From: a virus
Taxonomy: Duplodnaviria; Caudoviricetes
IMG/VR virus record: IMGVR_UViG_3300032306_000024
Location: 1 to 36,890 of that record
Length of the DNA: 36,890 nucleotides
Direction: 5' to 3' (one strand)
Within the stretch, counting starts at the first letter, position 1; each line of letters begins with the position of its first letter. This document shows, piece by piece, positions 9,353-18,777 of the stretch. Both the position numbers and the translations under genes were made by a program. A model generated the notes under the pieces. That model saw only the letters and a list, made by a program, of their open reading frames with translations, made no database searches and was not told the DNA's origin.

Positions 9353-12300
9353 ATGGCTATAGAGCCAGAGCTTGAGTTCGTTCCAGAGCAGGAACAAGAT
9401 TTAGAGTTTGCTCCACTTTCCCAAGAAGAAGCTGGCAATTTAACTAAGGCTGATTATTTGGCATCTGGTGGCGCGCCAGAGGATGTTATCTCTCCAGAGC
9501 GTGAAGCTGTATTACAGCAAGAAACACAGCGGCAGCTACAAGCTGGCGCAACGCCACAGCAAGCATCCATTGAGGCGGGGAAAGCTGTGGACGCGATGGG
9601 TACGATACGCAGGCCAGACGGCACTATAGCGGAAGGATACAAGCCAACAGCACAGGCGTTGGCTGAAGGTATTATCGAGACACCAGCAATCCCAGCCGTA
9701 AAGGAGGCACAGAGGCTTGGCATTGAAACCGTATCGTCTGGAACTGATAAGGCTACTGGCGTTGGCTTTGCAATTGGCAGAAACAAGGACGGCAAGGTAG
9801 TACGCTTTGAGGCTGACAAGGATGGCAATGTTGACTCATTTGAACTTGAACCAGAAGAACCCAGCAGGCTAGGCGCGATTGCACGCACTGTTGCAAGCCA
9901 AGTAATTCCCGCAACTACTGGTGCTGTGGCCGCTGAAACCGTTGCCGCACTTACGCCTGGAGGCATACTGCCAAAGCTGGCTACTGGCGCGATTGCTGGT
10001 ATCGGTGGATTCATTGCAGGCCAGAAGGGTCAAGAGACTGCTGGCAAAGCGTTGCTAGGTCCAGAGCGTATGGCTCGCATTAGCGAAGTATTACAGCGCG
10101 ATGTTGAGAAGTATCCAATAACCACAACGGCTGCATCTATTCTCACGCCTACTGGCGGTGGGTTGGTTGGATTGGCTAAAGGAGTTCGTGGCGCATTAAC
10201 TCGCCCAGCCACTCAGGCTACTGAAGCTGTTGCGCCTGCTGTTGCTCCAGCGGTTGAGGGTGCTTTGCCGAAAGCAGTTGAGGCTGTTGCGCCGAAGGCA
10301 GAGGAAGTTGCTGGAAGAGTAGCAGCAGAACCTATCCAGCTTCCAACCCCAGGTGTTGGCGAGAAGATTAGAAAGACACCGCAGAGGATCATCGAGCAGA
10401 AGTTGGCTCCAGAGGCAACGATGCGGGAAGTAGCTAAAGGTGATGTTCTTTACAAGACCAAATCAGTCAAGGAACTAGAAGAACAATTTTTAGGTTTGCC
10501 AAATGAAGATGTTGTAGGCGTTGCCAACTCAAGGGATGACATTGTCGGGGATGTGGCAAGGGTAACGATGTATAAAAGATACGCTGAAGCTGGCGACGCT
10601 GTTCGCGCAAATGAATATCTTGAGAAGGTCACAAAGCCAGGAACTGATCTGGGTCAAAGGCTTAATGTTTTTAAGCTGATAAAGATGGAGCCTACTGCCT
10701 ACTCTAGCGCGGTAGCGAAAGTTATCGAGAAAAGTGGGTATAAACTGGATGAGGCAATGACAAAAAGAATTGCCGATCTTAAGAAAGTTTCAAACAAGGC
10801 GCAGGATAATTTTGATTCATTAGCTAAAAAGGCAAGAACAAGCTTAGATGATGTTGACATAAAGGCAACAATTGATGCAGAAAAGAATCTGACTAAATCG
10901 CTATACAATTTACAAGTTGTTGAGGGAAGGCTTATCCCAAAGAAGCTGTTTGCTGAAACTCTGCCAACGATAATCCAAGGCAATCTTCTTTCCCCAATAT
11001 CTCTAGTAACAAATCTTTGGAGCAACGTCATTAACTCGCCACTGCGAATGGCTAGTAGGCAAGGAGCGTTTGTTACGCAGGAGGTTGGCAGGGCATTTCA
11101 AAAACTTGCTGGCAAAGAGCTTGGACCAAGGCTAATTGCCCCTCCAACTGGTGGAATAACCAGAACAATTGAAGCTGGCAAAGCTGGACTGCGCGGGATT
11201 GGTGAAGGTCTTGTTGGTGTAAGGCGCGGATTAAGTGCAGAAGGTCTGCTATCTGGCGAAAAAATTAAGGGATTCAAACCGCTTACTGCATTCAAGCAAT
11301 TTTGGACAGGAGAGGGTCTGGCGAAACCAATTCAAAAGGGATTTAGGGGTGCATCAACCCAAGCATTGGATAGGTTAAGGCTGGCAACAGAGGCAACACT
11401 AGGAGTTCCAGCCGAAACTATGTTGCGCTTATTGCAACTTGGTGACGCTCCGTTCAGAAGAATAGCCCAGGCTAGGTTGCTATCGGAGCAAGCACAATTG
11501 GCTGGCCTAACTGGAAAAGCACTGCAAACAGCAGTTCGTCTTCCAACAGCACAACAGCTATCCAAGATTGAGCAAGAGGCGGCAGAAGCAGTATTCCAGC
11601 AGGATACGGTATTGACAAGGGCAGCACTTAGCGCAGCCAATCTATTTGGTGCTGGGAATAGGTCTGGAATAGCGAGATTGATTGGGAAATCAATCATCCC
11701 ATACGCAAAGACACCAGCAAATGTGATTGATGAAATGCTTGAGTTTTCACTTCCACCTTATGCTTTAGAGAAAGCACGGCGTGCCGCTGTGGCAAAAGAT
11801 TACAGAAAATCACAAATGCTTATTGGAAAAGCATTAACTGGATCAGTATTGCTTGGAGTTGCAAAAACTCTTTCAGATCAAGGTATAATTGGATCAAAGC
11901 CATCGACATCCGAAAAGATAAGGGATGTGCAGTATCAAACTCTCGCGCCAAGAAGCATAAATCTTTCAGCGTTAAATAGATTTTCAAATGGTGAGTCAAC
12001 TGAAATTGAACCAGGGGATAAGATAATCTCCTTGGACAAGATGGGTATTACTGGCGCAATTTTGTCGATTGTTAATTCTGCTATGGATGCAACAAAACAA
12101 GGCAAGGAAGGATCATTTGAGCTTTCATCTCTTCTTCCAGAAACGCTTTCGTTTGCATTTAATCAAAGCTTCTTGAAGGGTACGAATAGCTTGCTTTCGG
12201 CTATGTTGGATGGAAGTGGGGCAACGCTCGACAAATGGATTTCAGATTACTACGGCGTTGTGGCATCAATACCCTTCCCGAACACGCTTACTGCCTTATC

Positions 12301-12862
12301 TAGGTCTATGCGAGAAACAATGCCAGAAAAGTTCCAGATCAAGGATGTGCCAGGTGATGGAGTGGAAAGAATGATTAACGTATTTGGAGAAGTATTGAGC
12401 AGAAGGCTTCCAAGTATGGATGAAGATATGCCAAGGAGGATTGACATTTGGGGGAGAGAAGTTCCGCAAACTCCAGAAGGAGCAGATCCAATCGCATATA
12501 ATTTCTTTGACGTTACAAAAGGCCGAGAGATTTCCTACGATCCAATCACGCTTGGAATCTACAAGATATTCAAGGCAACGGATGATGGTGACGTTGTTCC
12601 TCCAAAGCCACTGCGTAATTTCACGCTGGATAATGTTAAGTATAGGCTTGATCCAGAGCTATACGAGGATTACGCAAGAATGCGCGGAAGGGCAAACAGA
12701 AGGGCGGCAGAGGCTATGTTTGATGACAAGACTTTCAAGAGGATGAAGGATGAAGAGAAGGTTATTGTTCTTCGCAGTGCATACGCGCAGGTCGGTGACG
12801 ATGTCCGAAAGCAGTTTATATCGAAATATGGAAACAGAATAAAGCGAGGTGAGAAGCAATGA
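9353..12862 (+). CDS. Large internal virion or DNA-ejection protein, 1169 aa
   Basis: Largest ORF; Ala/Gly-rich helical with hydrophobic patches; typical podovirus position. Confidence 0.7.
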   Translation: MAIEPELEFVPEQEQDLEFAPLSQEEAGNLTKADYLASGGAPEDVISPEREAVLQQETQRQLQAGATPQQASIEAGKAVDAMGTIRRPDGTIAEGYKPTAQALAEGIIETPAIPAVKEAQRLGIETVSSGTDKATGVGFAIGRNKDGKVVRFEADKDGNVDSFELEPEEPSRLGAIARTVASQVIPATTGAVAAETVAALTPGGILPKLATGAIAGIGGFIAGQKGQETAGKALLGPERMARISEVLQRDVEKYPITTTAASILTPTGGGLVGLAKGVRGALTRPATQATEAVAPAVAPAVEGALPKAVEAVAPKAEEVAGRVAAEPIQLPTPGVGEKIRKTPQRIIEQKLAPEATMREVAKGDVLYKTKSVKELEEQFLGLPNEDVVGVANSRDDIVGDVARVTMYKRYAEAGDAVRANEYLEKVTKPGTDLGQRLNVFKLIKMEPTAYSSAVAKVIEKSGYKLDEAMTKRIADLKKVSNKAQDNFDSLAKKARTSLDDVDIKATIDAEKNLTKSLYNLQVVEGRLIPKKLFAETLPTIIQGNLLSPISLVTNLWSNVINSPLRMASRQGAFVTQEVGRAFQKLAGKELGPRLIAPPTGGITRTIEAGKAGLRGIGEGLVGVRRGLSAEGLLSGEKIKGFKPLTAFKQFWTGEGLAKPIQKGFRGASTQALDRLRLATEATLGVPAETMLRLLQLGDAPFRRIAQARLLSEQAQLAGLTGKALQTAVRLPTAQQLSKIEQEAAEAVFQQDTVLTRAALSAANLFGAGNRSGIARLIGKSIIPYAKTPANVIDEMLEFSLPPYALEKARRAAVAKDYRKSQMLIGKALTGSVLLGVAKTLSDQGIIGSKPSTSEKIRDVQYQTLAPRSINLSALNRFSNGESTEIEPGDKIISLDKMGITGAILSIVNSAMDATKQGKEGSFELSSLLPETLSFAFNQSFLKGTNSLLSAMLDGSGATLDKWISDYYGVVASIPFPNTLTALSRSMRETMPEKFQIKDVPGDGVERMINVFGEVLSRRLPSMDEDMPRRIDIWGREVPQTPEGADPIAYNFFDVTKGREISYDPITLGIYKIFKATDDGDVVPPKPLRNFTLDNVKYRLDPELYEDYARMRGRANRRAAEAMFDDKTFKRMKDEEKVIVLRSAYAQVGDDVRKQFISKYGNRIKRGEKQ

Positions 12863-13626
12863 GATTTTCCGTAAACCCATCCAAGGATGTTTCCTTGAGA
12901 AACGATATGGTGGCTAGGGAGCTTACTGGAACTGGATACGAGCCAGTGCCAGAAGAGGTTAGAAGGATCGCACCCATTGAGAAGGCCAGAGAATATGCAA
13001 AACAAGCTCCAGAAATTACAAAAGCAGAACCTACATTTGATTTCATAGAGGAACCACAAGCCATGCAAGCAAAACCAGAACAAGACGTGTTGCAAACAGC
13101 AGCGTTAAAGACAATTGATTTCGAGGCAAGGAAGGACAAGCAAGGCAACGTGCAAGTCTATAAATTGCCAGCAGGAGATATGGGTGGTAATTTTGAGGTT
13201 GCTGGTATTAACGACAAGTATCATCCAGATGCCTTCAAAAGAATCTCATCGCTCCCAGCGCAAGAAAGAGCGCAGGCTGCGGCACAGTACGTCAAAGAGT
13301 ACACCAGCCCATTCGTCTCAAAGTTGCCAGAAGCACTCCAACCATTCGCACAGGATCTCGCGTTTAATCGCGGGATGGGCGGTGCAACAAAGTACATCCA
13401 GCAAGGATTAAACACGCTGGGGCAGAAGGTAGTTGTTGACGGAGGATTAGGTCCGAAGACATTACAGGCGATAAACCAAGTTGAGCCAAAAGCGTTAATG
13501 CGCGCAGCCAGCCAAGCGCAGCTTGAGGACGAATACCGAATGGCTGAACGCAATCCAGCTAGAAAGAAGTTTATTGGTGGACTAGAAAGCAGAATACGAA
13601 ATAGGCTCGCAATATTTGGAGCTTAA
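12859..13626 (+). CDS. GH108-like peptidoglycan hydrolase with peptidoglycan-binding region
   Basis: DMGG...AGI, DLAFNRG, IQQGLN, VDGGLGPKTL and KFIGGLESRI match the GH108 lysozyme layout. Confidence 0.75.
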   Translation: MRFSVNPSKDVSLRNDMVARELTGTGYEPVPEEVRRIAPIEKAREYAKQAPEITKAEPTFDFIEEPQAMQAKPEQDVLQTAALKTIDFEARKDKQGNVQVYKLPAGDMGGNFEVAGINDKYHPDAFKRISSLPAQERAQAAAQYVKEYTSPFVSKLPEALQPFAQDLAFNRGMGGATKYIQQGLNTLGQKVVVDGGLGPKTLQAINQVEPKALMRAASQAQLEDEYRMAERNPARKKFIGGLESRIRNRLAIFGA

Positions 13627-13988
13627 TCATTATCCTCTTCTTGAGATCCAACCCAAACAGCGTCTCCATTCATATAGGCAGAACCAGCCTTAATAGTTGC
13701 GGAAGTTCCATAAAAGAAATTCCTAGACTTCGATATGAATGTTTCATCTTTTCCAACAACGCTACTTCCAGATTTATAATAAAAACCTTCAGTAGAAATT
13801 ATTGACCTACCAGATGACGATGAATAAGCCATTCCACCATTCTCTGATATTACGCATCCACGGCCACATGAAAATCCGTTGCGCTTTAGCACTGCTCCCA
13901 CAAAGTCAGCAGCGTCACCGTCATCATCTTCAGCCCACCCCGATGCCATCAGCATCGCCGTCACTACAATCATTGTTATTGCTTTCAT
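13623..13988 (-). CDS. Secreted or periplasmic protein (moron-like)
   Basis: Start moved to ATG 13988; Sec-type signal MKAITMIVVTAMLMASGWA; isolated minus-strand gene. Confidence 0.7.
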   Translation of the reverse strand: MKAITMIVVTAMLMASGWAEDDDGDAADFVGAVLKRNGFSCGRGCVISENGGMAYSSSSGRSIISTEGFYYKSGSSVVGKDETFISKSRNFFYGTSATIKAGSAYMNGDAVWVGSQEEDND

Positions 13989-13995
13989 AGTGAAA

Positions 13996-14024
13996 AGTCT
14001 GTAGGACAAATCGAAAGCCGTCAA
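13996..14024 (-). promoter_or_regulatory. Putative sigma70-type promoter for the moron gene
   Basis: TTGACG-17 nt-CAGACT, then 7 nt to the ATG. Confidence 0.45.
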
Positions 14025-14026
14025 GC

Positions 14027-14416
14027 ATGAAAATTAAATTATCACCACGGCAGATTGGGGCGGTTGGTGTTTCAAGGGTTGTAAGCTCGCTTTTACGATG
14101 TGGCTACAATGTGCTTGCTCCGCTGGAAGACTTTTCTGGGTACGATCTTGTGGCTGAAAAGAGTGGGAAATTTCATCGCATCCAAGTCAAGGCAGCACAG
14201 AACGTAGAACCTGGGAGGAGTAGGTATAGGTTCACAACATCCTGCGGATCTGGCTACAACGCACCAAAGAAGGTAATTACTGGAGTAGATTATGTGGCCT
14301 GTTGGGGAATGCACGATGACCTTTTCTGGCTGTTGCCAATTGCACGTTGCAAGAGTGTTACAACCTTACTTTGTCCATCGACAGGTCAAAGCTGGCGTGT
14401 ATTTCAAAATTTATGA
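14027..14416 (+). CDS. PD-(D/E)XK endonuclease
   Basis: GAVG...GY...YDLV...RIQVK catalytic pattern; VDY downstream. Confidence 0.8.
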   Translation: MKIKLSPRQIGAVGVSRVVSSLLRCGYNVLAPLEDFSGYDLVAEKSGKFHRIQVKAAQNVEPGRSRYRFTTSCGSGYNAPKKVITGVDYVACWGMHDDLFWLLPIARCKSVTTLLCPSTGQSWRVFQNL

Positions 14417-14592
14417 CCGAGAAGGATGCGTGGGCGAAGTTTGAGGATGGGCTGAAAGATGCGCAATCCTTCGATGAAGCCGTGGCTTGGGTCAAGAAGA
14501 ATAAGAAAATCGTAGAGAAACTTACAATGATAGCAATGATTAGACGATTTAATGAAGATATTAGCAAAGCTAATAGAACTTGGCGTAACTAA
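14413..14592 (+). CDS. Hypothetical protein, 59 aa
   Basis: ATGA coupling at 14413 (MTEKDAWAKF...). Confidence 0.55.
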   Translation: MTEKDAWAKFEDGLKDAQSFDEAVAWVKKNKKIVEKLTMIAMIRRFNEDISKANRTWRN

Positions 14593-14610
14593 AATATATT
14601 AAAATATTTC

Positions 14611-14640
14611 TCGACACCATCATGGGTTGACAGCTAAACC
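14611..14640 (+). promoter_or_regulatory. Putative promoter for the DNA metabolism operon
   Basis: AT-rich UP-like tract, then TCGACA-18 nt-TAAACC and 6 nt to ATG 14647. Confidence 0.4.
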
Positions 14641-14646
14641 TGATGA

Positions 14647-15111
14647 ATGGGCAAAATCAATAGTCGAGCCAAAGGCGCAGCAGGAGAACGTGAATTAGCA
14701 AATTACCTGCGGGAACAGGGCTGGCAGAAGGCCAGAAGGACCGCCCAATACGCAGGCAATCCCGAAGGCGGTAGCGGTGATGTAGTCTGCGAGAATTTTC
14801 CATTTCATATCGAAGGCAAGCGTTGCCAAGCACTCAAACCCGAAGAGTGGATTGAGCAGGCAAGGCGGGATTGCCCAGAAGGCAAGATCCCAGCAGTATT
14901 TTTCCGCCGTAATGGTCGCAAAGAATGGCTAGTCATATTGACAGCCGACAGCGTTTGCGAATTAGCTCGACAGATAGCACCTGCAAATGTGAAGATTGAA
15001 TATGTTCCAAGCCAGTTCACCAACACGACAGTGGGTGCTGGCTTTTGGGTGCATAGCCCAGACCAACTTACCCCCAAATACATACAACCAATAATAAACC
15101 CCAATAAATAA
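14647..15111 (+). CDS. Holliday junction resolvase-like PD-(D/E)XK nuclease
   Basis: NSRAKGAAGERE...GD...HIEGKR...QA motif set. Confidence 0.8.
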   Translation: MGKINSRAKGAAGERELANYLREQGWQKARRTAQYAGNPEGGSGDVVCENFPFHIEGKRCQALKPEEWIEQARRDCPEGKIPAVFFRRNGRKEWLVILTADSVCELARQIAPANVKIEYVPSQFTNTTVGAGFWVHSPDQLTPKYIQPIINPNK

Positions 15112-15124
15112 AGGAGATACTACA

Positions 15125-15766
15125 ATGGCATTGACATTAAGTGAATCGCAAAAGTCAGAACGCAAGTTGCCCGAAGCTGGAGCGACTGTTGGCGTTCTTT
15201 ACAGTCTAGTCGATCTAGGCCACCAGAAAACCAACTGGGATAACCAGGAGAAGTGGACACCAAAAGTCCGCCTAACCTTTGAGTTGCCCGATCAGACAGA
15301 TGAGTACGAGGTGGAGGAGAAAGGCAAAGTGACCAAGGTCCAAAAGCCTATGGTTGTTTCAATCGAACAGACCCGCAGTCTTGGAGAGAAAGCCAGCTTG
15401 CGGAAACTGCTTGAGCAGTGGAGAGGCCAGACCTTTACCTCCAAGGAACTCCAGGCATTCAGCTTGAAGAACCTATTGGGCAAGCCAGCCATGCTCACGC
15501 TGATCCACAAGACCAGCCAGCAGGGTCGGCAATACTGTGCTATCGCGGGTGCATCCAAACTACCAAAGGGCATGAAAGCACCAGCTACCACCACCAACGA
15601 TCAGTTGTATTACGAGATCGAACAGGGTGAGGCTGGTCAGTTTAACGATATGCCCGATTGGTTGCAGGAAAAAATCCGCGCTTCCAAGGAGTTTGCGACT
15701 GCCGCTGGAAAGCCTACTACTACCAAAGTCGAGCTTGACGAAAACGGCAACGCAATGCCGTTCTAA
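15125..15766 (+). CDS. Single-stranded DNA-binding or replication protein
   Basis: VDLG, FEL, KASLRKLLEQWRG, NLLGKPA and an acidic tail ending PF; SD AAGGAG. Confidence 0.7.
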   Translation: MALTLSESQKSERKLPEAGATVGVLYSLVDLGHQKTNWDNQEKWTPKVRLTFELPDQTDEYEVEEKGKVTKVQKPMVVSIEQTRSLGEKASLRKLLEQWRGQTFTSKELQAFSLKNLLGKPAMLTLIHKTSQQGRQYCAIAGASKLPKGMKAPATTTNDQLYYEIEQGEAGQFNDMPDWLQEKIRASKEFATAAGKPTTTKVELDENGNAMPF

Positions 15767-15771
15767 TCCAA

Positions 15772-16593
15772 GTGGCTCTTACAATCACATCTAAAGAGCC
15801 TACCAATTCCCGCTTGGTCGCTACTGACCAAGCGGGACATTGGTACACAGCCGAAGGCGATTCAGCCCACGTTGTTATAGGCAAGAATGGTAAAGAAAGA
15901 AACACAACCGTAGCTGATGCACGCCAGATGGGATTGTATCCATCAGTAACTAGCGTGCTTGGCATTATGGATAAGCCGCAATTGACGGCATGGAAGATAG
16001 AGCAGGCCATTATGTCCTCGCTCACACTTCCGAAGGAGGCAGATGAAACGCTCGAAACCTACGCTCGAAGAGTGGTTAAGGACTCTAAAGAGTCAACAAC
16101 GAAGGCAGCTGAGCATGGCACGCGAATGCACGAACAAGCCGAGAATATCCTCATGGGACGCGCTGTGTGTAAAGATGAAGATCTCCAGCCCTACATCGCG
16201 ACCTTCAAGAAGTGGGCCGACGAAAACGTAGAGAAGACCTACTGGTGCGAGAAGGCTCTGGTTGGCGCGGGGTACGCTGGGCGTTGTGACGCATATGTGA
16301 AGTTGAAGGGAATTGGTGACGCAATCATCGATCTTAAGAATCGCAAAGTGAATCCCAAATACTCGCCGTTCTATGAAACTTCGGACTGCCCCCAATTGTG
16401 GGCTTACAGGACAGCGAGCGAGAATCCCAAGGCAGCATGCGTATCCATCGTGCTTGCTTCGAATGATTCGAGCAAGCTTATGACAAGGGTGTGGGAAGAT
16501 GACGAGCTGTACCAAGCTGGGATCGCATTCAACGCACTCCTGAGGGTATGGTCTTGGGTCAAGGGCTACACGCCTCCTGGGATGAAGTTATGA
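15772..16593 (+). CDS. PD-(D/E)XK exonuclease
   Basis: PSVTSVL, GTRMH, YAGRCD, IIDLK and QLWAY motifs. Confidence 0.85.
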   Translation: MALTITSKEPTNSRLVATDQAGHWYTAEGDSAHVVIGKNGKERNTTVADARQMGLYPSVTSVLGIMDKPQLTAWKIEQAIMSSLTLPKEADETLETYARRVVKDSKESTTKAAEHGTRMHEQAENILMGRAVCKDEDLQPYIATFKKWADENVEKTYWCEKALVGAGYAGRCDAYVKLKGIGDAIIDLKNRKVNPKYSPFYETSDCPQLWAYRTASENPKAACVSIVLASNDSSKLMTRVWEDDELYQAGIAFNALLRVWSWVKGYTPPGMKL

Positions 16594-16886
16594 CCGCACC
16601 TACAATCCAAGAGATGGGTAACGCTGCACAGGAGATAGTCTGGCGCGTGATGGGCAAAGGATCGGATAAGTCTGGCTACGGAGATTGGCTGGAAAAGGAT
16701 CGGCCTACCCACGATTACCACATTGCCAGAGCTATTCGCCACCTAGCCACAGCACAGATGCAACTGCACAAATCAACACCTTGTCCAGATACCAACGGAG
16801 AAACAAGTGTTGACCACCTTGAGCGTGCGCTGGTAAGGTCGCTATTCGTGTTGGCACAAATAAGAAAGGAAGTACCAAGACTATGA
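16590..16886 (+). CDS. Possible dATP/dGTP diphosphohydrolase-like (DUF5664-like) protein
   Basis: KGSDKSG...W...AIRHL...GET..DHL pattern; ATGA coupling at 16590. Confidence 0.45.
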   Translation: MTAPTIQEMGNAAQEIVWRVMGKGSDKSGYGDWLEKDRPTHDYHIARAIRHLATAQMQLHKSTPCPDTNGETSVDHLERALVRSLFVLAQIRKEVPRL

Positions 16887-17155
16887 TTATGGAAGATGTA
16901 AGTGTTGATTTTGAGTTTAATGGAGAGAAGTACACTGCGTATGGCAACGCAGAGATTGATACGATTACAGAGGATATTGGTCCAGTTGGCTACAGAGAAC
17001 ATTATTACGCCAAGGTGGTCAACAATGTGATTATGTCAAAGATTGAGATCTCAACTGCTACTGAAGACATAAAGAATCCAAGCAAGGAATTGCTGGAAAA
17101 GGCTGATGACCTTTTGTCCATTCAAGCAACAGAAGATTTTGACGCTGGCAAATGA
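16883..17155 (+). CDS. Acidic hypothetical protein
   Basis: ATGA coupling; Asp/Glu-rich. Confidence 0.6.
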   Translation: MIMEDVSVDFEFNGEKYTAYGNAEIDTITEDIGPVGYREHYYAKVVNNVIMSKIEISTATEDIKNPSKELLEKADDLLSIQATEDFDAGK

Positions 17156-17289
17156 ATATCACTCGCGTAGTTAAGATTGACGGAGGCTGGGAGCTTTACG
17201 GCATATCCGAAAAGGAAAAGAAAGAAATCCAGGTTGGATTCTGCGGAGAGAACTTACCGTTGGATGCTTGGGTTAGGATTGAGAAATGA
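17152..17289 (+). CDS. Hypothetical protein, 45 aa, not in the ORF track
   Basis: MNITRVVKIDGGWELYG...; ATGA overlaps at both ends. Confidence 0.6.
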   Translation: MNITRVVKIDGGWELYGISEKEKKEIQVGFCGENLPLDAWVRIEK

Positions 17290-17462
17290 AGCAGAATTTC
17301 TCCAGATTGTTCTACTTTTTGGGTGACACAATAAGCCGCACGCTTTTGCGTGTTGGTATTGGATACGGCCTATACAGAACTTTTATGCTTTGGTCAATTG
17401 ATCTGGATGACAAATTTGATGTGTGGAAGGAAGTTAAACAAAAACGGAGGAAGAAGAAGTGA
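17286..17462 (+). CDS. Hypothetical protein, 58 aa, not in the ORF track
   Basis: MKQNFSRLFYFLGD...KRRKKK; ATGA and GTGA overlaps. Confidence 0.6.
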   Translation: MKQNFSRLFYFLGDTISRTLLRVGIGYGLYRTFMLWSIDLDDKFDVWKEVKQKRRKKK

Positions 17463-18124
17463 AAAAGGGATTAGTAACGCAAGCGTTTGGTGATGACTGG
17501 AAGAAGATACTAGAGCTTACGCAGCCGAGGATGGAGGCTTACTGCAAGCGGCACAAAATTGACTTCATGGCATTGGAGAAGCCTTTGGTCGAGCCAGTGC
17601 AGTACAGCAAATCCGCAATCGGGAACATCATGGCCACAAAGGGCTATGAGCAGATCACCTTTGTTGACTGCGATGTTTTGATTTCCAACGACTGCGATGA
17701 GATTGGTGCTGAAGTTGAAATGTTTTCAGCATTCGACGAAGGTGCTTTCCTTGATCGCAAGTACGAGATGGGTAAACTTGCAAGTGCGTTCGGAGCTAGG
17801 ATTGATCCAAGATTCTACGTCAACACTGGCGTGTTTGTAATTTCATCCAAGGCTGTTGGCGTGTTGTCAATGCCTCCGCTTGGATTGTTGCCTAATCATT
17901 TTGCCGAGCAGACCTGGATGAACATTATGATTCATCTATGGAATGTACCGCTGGATAATCTTGACCCAGCCTACAACTGCATGACCAGCGTTGAGTCGCA
18001 CTTTGGGTTGGATCGGTACAAGGATGCATTTTGCATTCATTACGCTGGACAGTCTGGTGATCTTGCAAAGCTGGCCGAGCAGATCAAAGTTGACGACGCA
18101 AAGCTAGTCGAGCTGGGACGATGA
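17459..18124 (+). CDS. GT-A fold glycosyltransferase (GT8/GT34-like)
   Basis: FVDCD (DxD), NTGVFV, EQTWMN and IHYAG motifs. Confidence 0.85.
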   Translation: MKKGLVTQAFGDDWKKILELTQPRMEAYCKRHKIDFMALEKPLVEPVQYSKSAIGNIMATKGYEQITFVDCDVLISNDCDEIGAEVEMFSAFDEGAFLDRKYEMGKLASAFGARIDPRFYVNTGVFVISSKAVGVLSMPPLGLLPNHFAEQTWMNIMIHLWNVPLDNLDPAYNCMTSVESHFGLDRYKDAFCIHYAGQSGDLAKLAEQIKVDDAKLVELGR

Positions 18125-18333
18125 CCGAGATTAAAGTCGTCGAGGAGTGCGGAAAGTTCCGACTTCATACGATGGCTGGCAATGTAATTGGTCCACGCCT
18201 ATGGGGGTCTAGGCCGCCAAAAGGATTTCCGCCACTCACTGATTTATTCGATTCACAAGAAGAAGCAGATTTAGCTTGTCAGGAATGGAATGATTATGCG
18301 AAATGGCATAAGGCACAACGCAAACGCAAATGA
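18121..18333 (+). CDS. Hypothetical protein
   Basis: ATGA coupling at both ends. Confidence 0.6.
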   Translation: MTEIKVVEECGKFRLHTMAGNVIGPRLWGSRPPKGFPPLTDLFDSQEEADLACQEWNDYAKWHKAQRKRK

Positions 18334-18647
18334 GATCAACGCATTTAACCAAGGGAGATTACGATGAAAGACTTATGCAGTTGGCTGGTGAAGTTGCGTT
18401 GCAGGCAATCCGCGACCTGCGAATGTTGCGCAAGCGGGGGATGGTGGAAGGCATGAAGATTGTCCGAGATCATCACGGCGTTCCTCTTAACGATGCTCTT
18501 GAATATAAGAATATGCATGAAGTGCAGAATTTACTTAAGGACTTTAAGAACGGAACAGTTGCTTGGTGGTGTCGGGCTTCAGGAATAAGGATCGATAATC
18601 GAACGCTGCTACGCAAATTGGAGGACGATGATTATGCAATTGCTTGA
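18330..18647 (+). CDS. Hypothetical protein
   Basis: ATGA coupling; VALQAIRDL helix. Confidence 0.6.
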   Translation: MRSTHLTKGDYDERLMQLAGEVALQAIRDLRMLRKRGMVEGMKIVRDHHGVPLNDALEYKNMHEVQNLLKDFKNGTVAWWCRASGIRIDNRTLLRKLEDDDYAIA

Positions 18648-18777
18648 AACGATTGGTGACATGATTTGGATTGTCACTTGGCTGGCATTTCTGTTTGCAG
18701 TCATGGCATCCATTGTATGTGCTGGAGTTTTTATCGTCGTTAAGTTAATCGAATACATAAAGGAAAACATACTATGA
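18634..18777 (+). CDS. Small membrane protein, 47 aa, not in the ORF track
   Basis: SD GGAGG; long hydrophobic segment MIWIVTWLAFLFAVMASIVCAGVFIVV. Confidence 0.6.
   Translation: MQLLETIGDMIWIVTWLAFLFAVMASIVCAGVFIVVKLIEYIKENIL

Noticed and set aside
9454-12447. Series of antisense ORFs (up to 186 aa) opposite the large ejection gene
   Set aside because: They are shadow frames produced by codon bias, with no recognisable motifs or initiation signals
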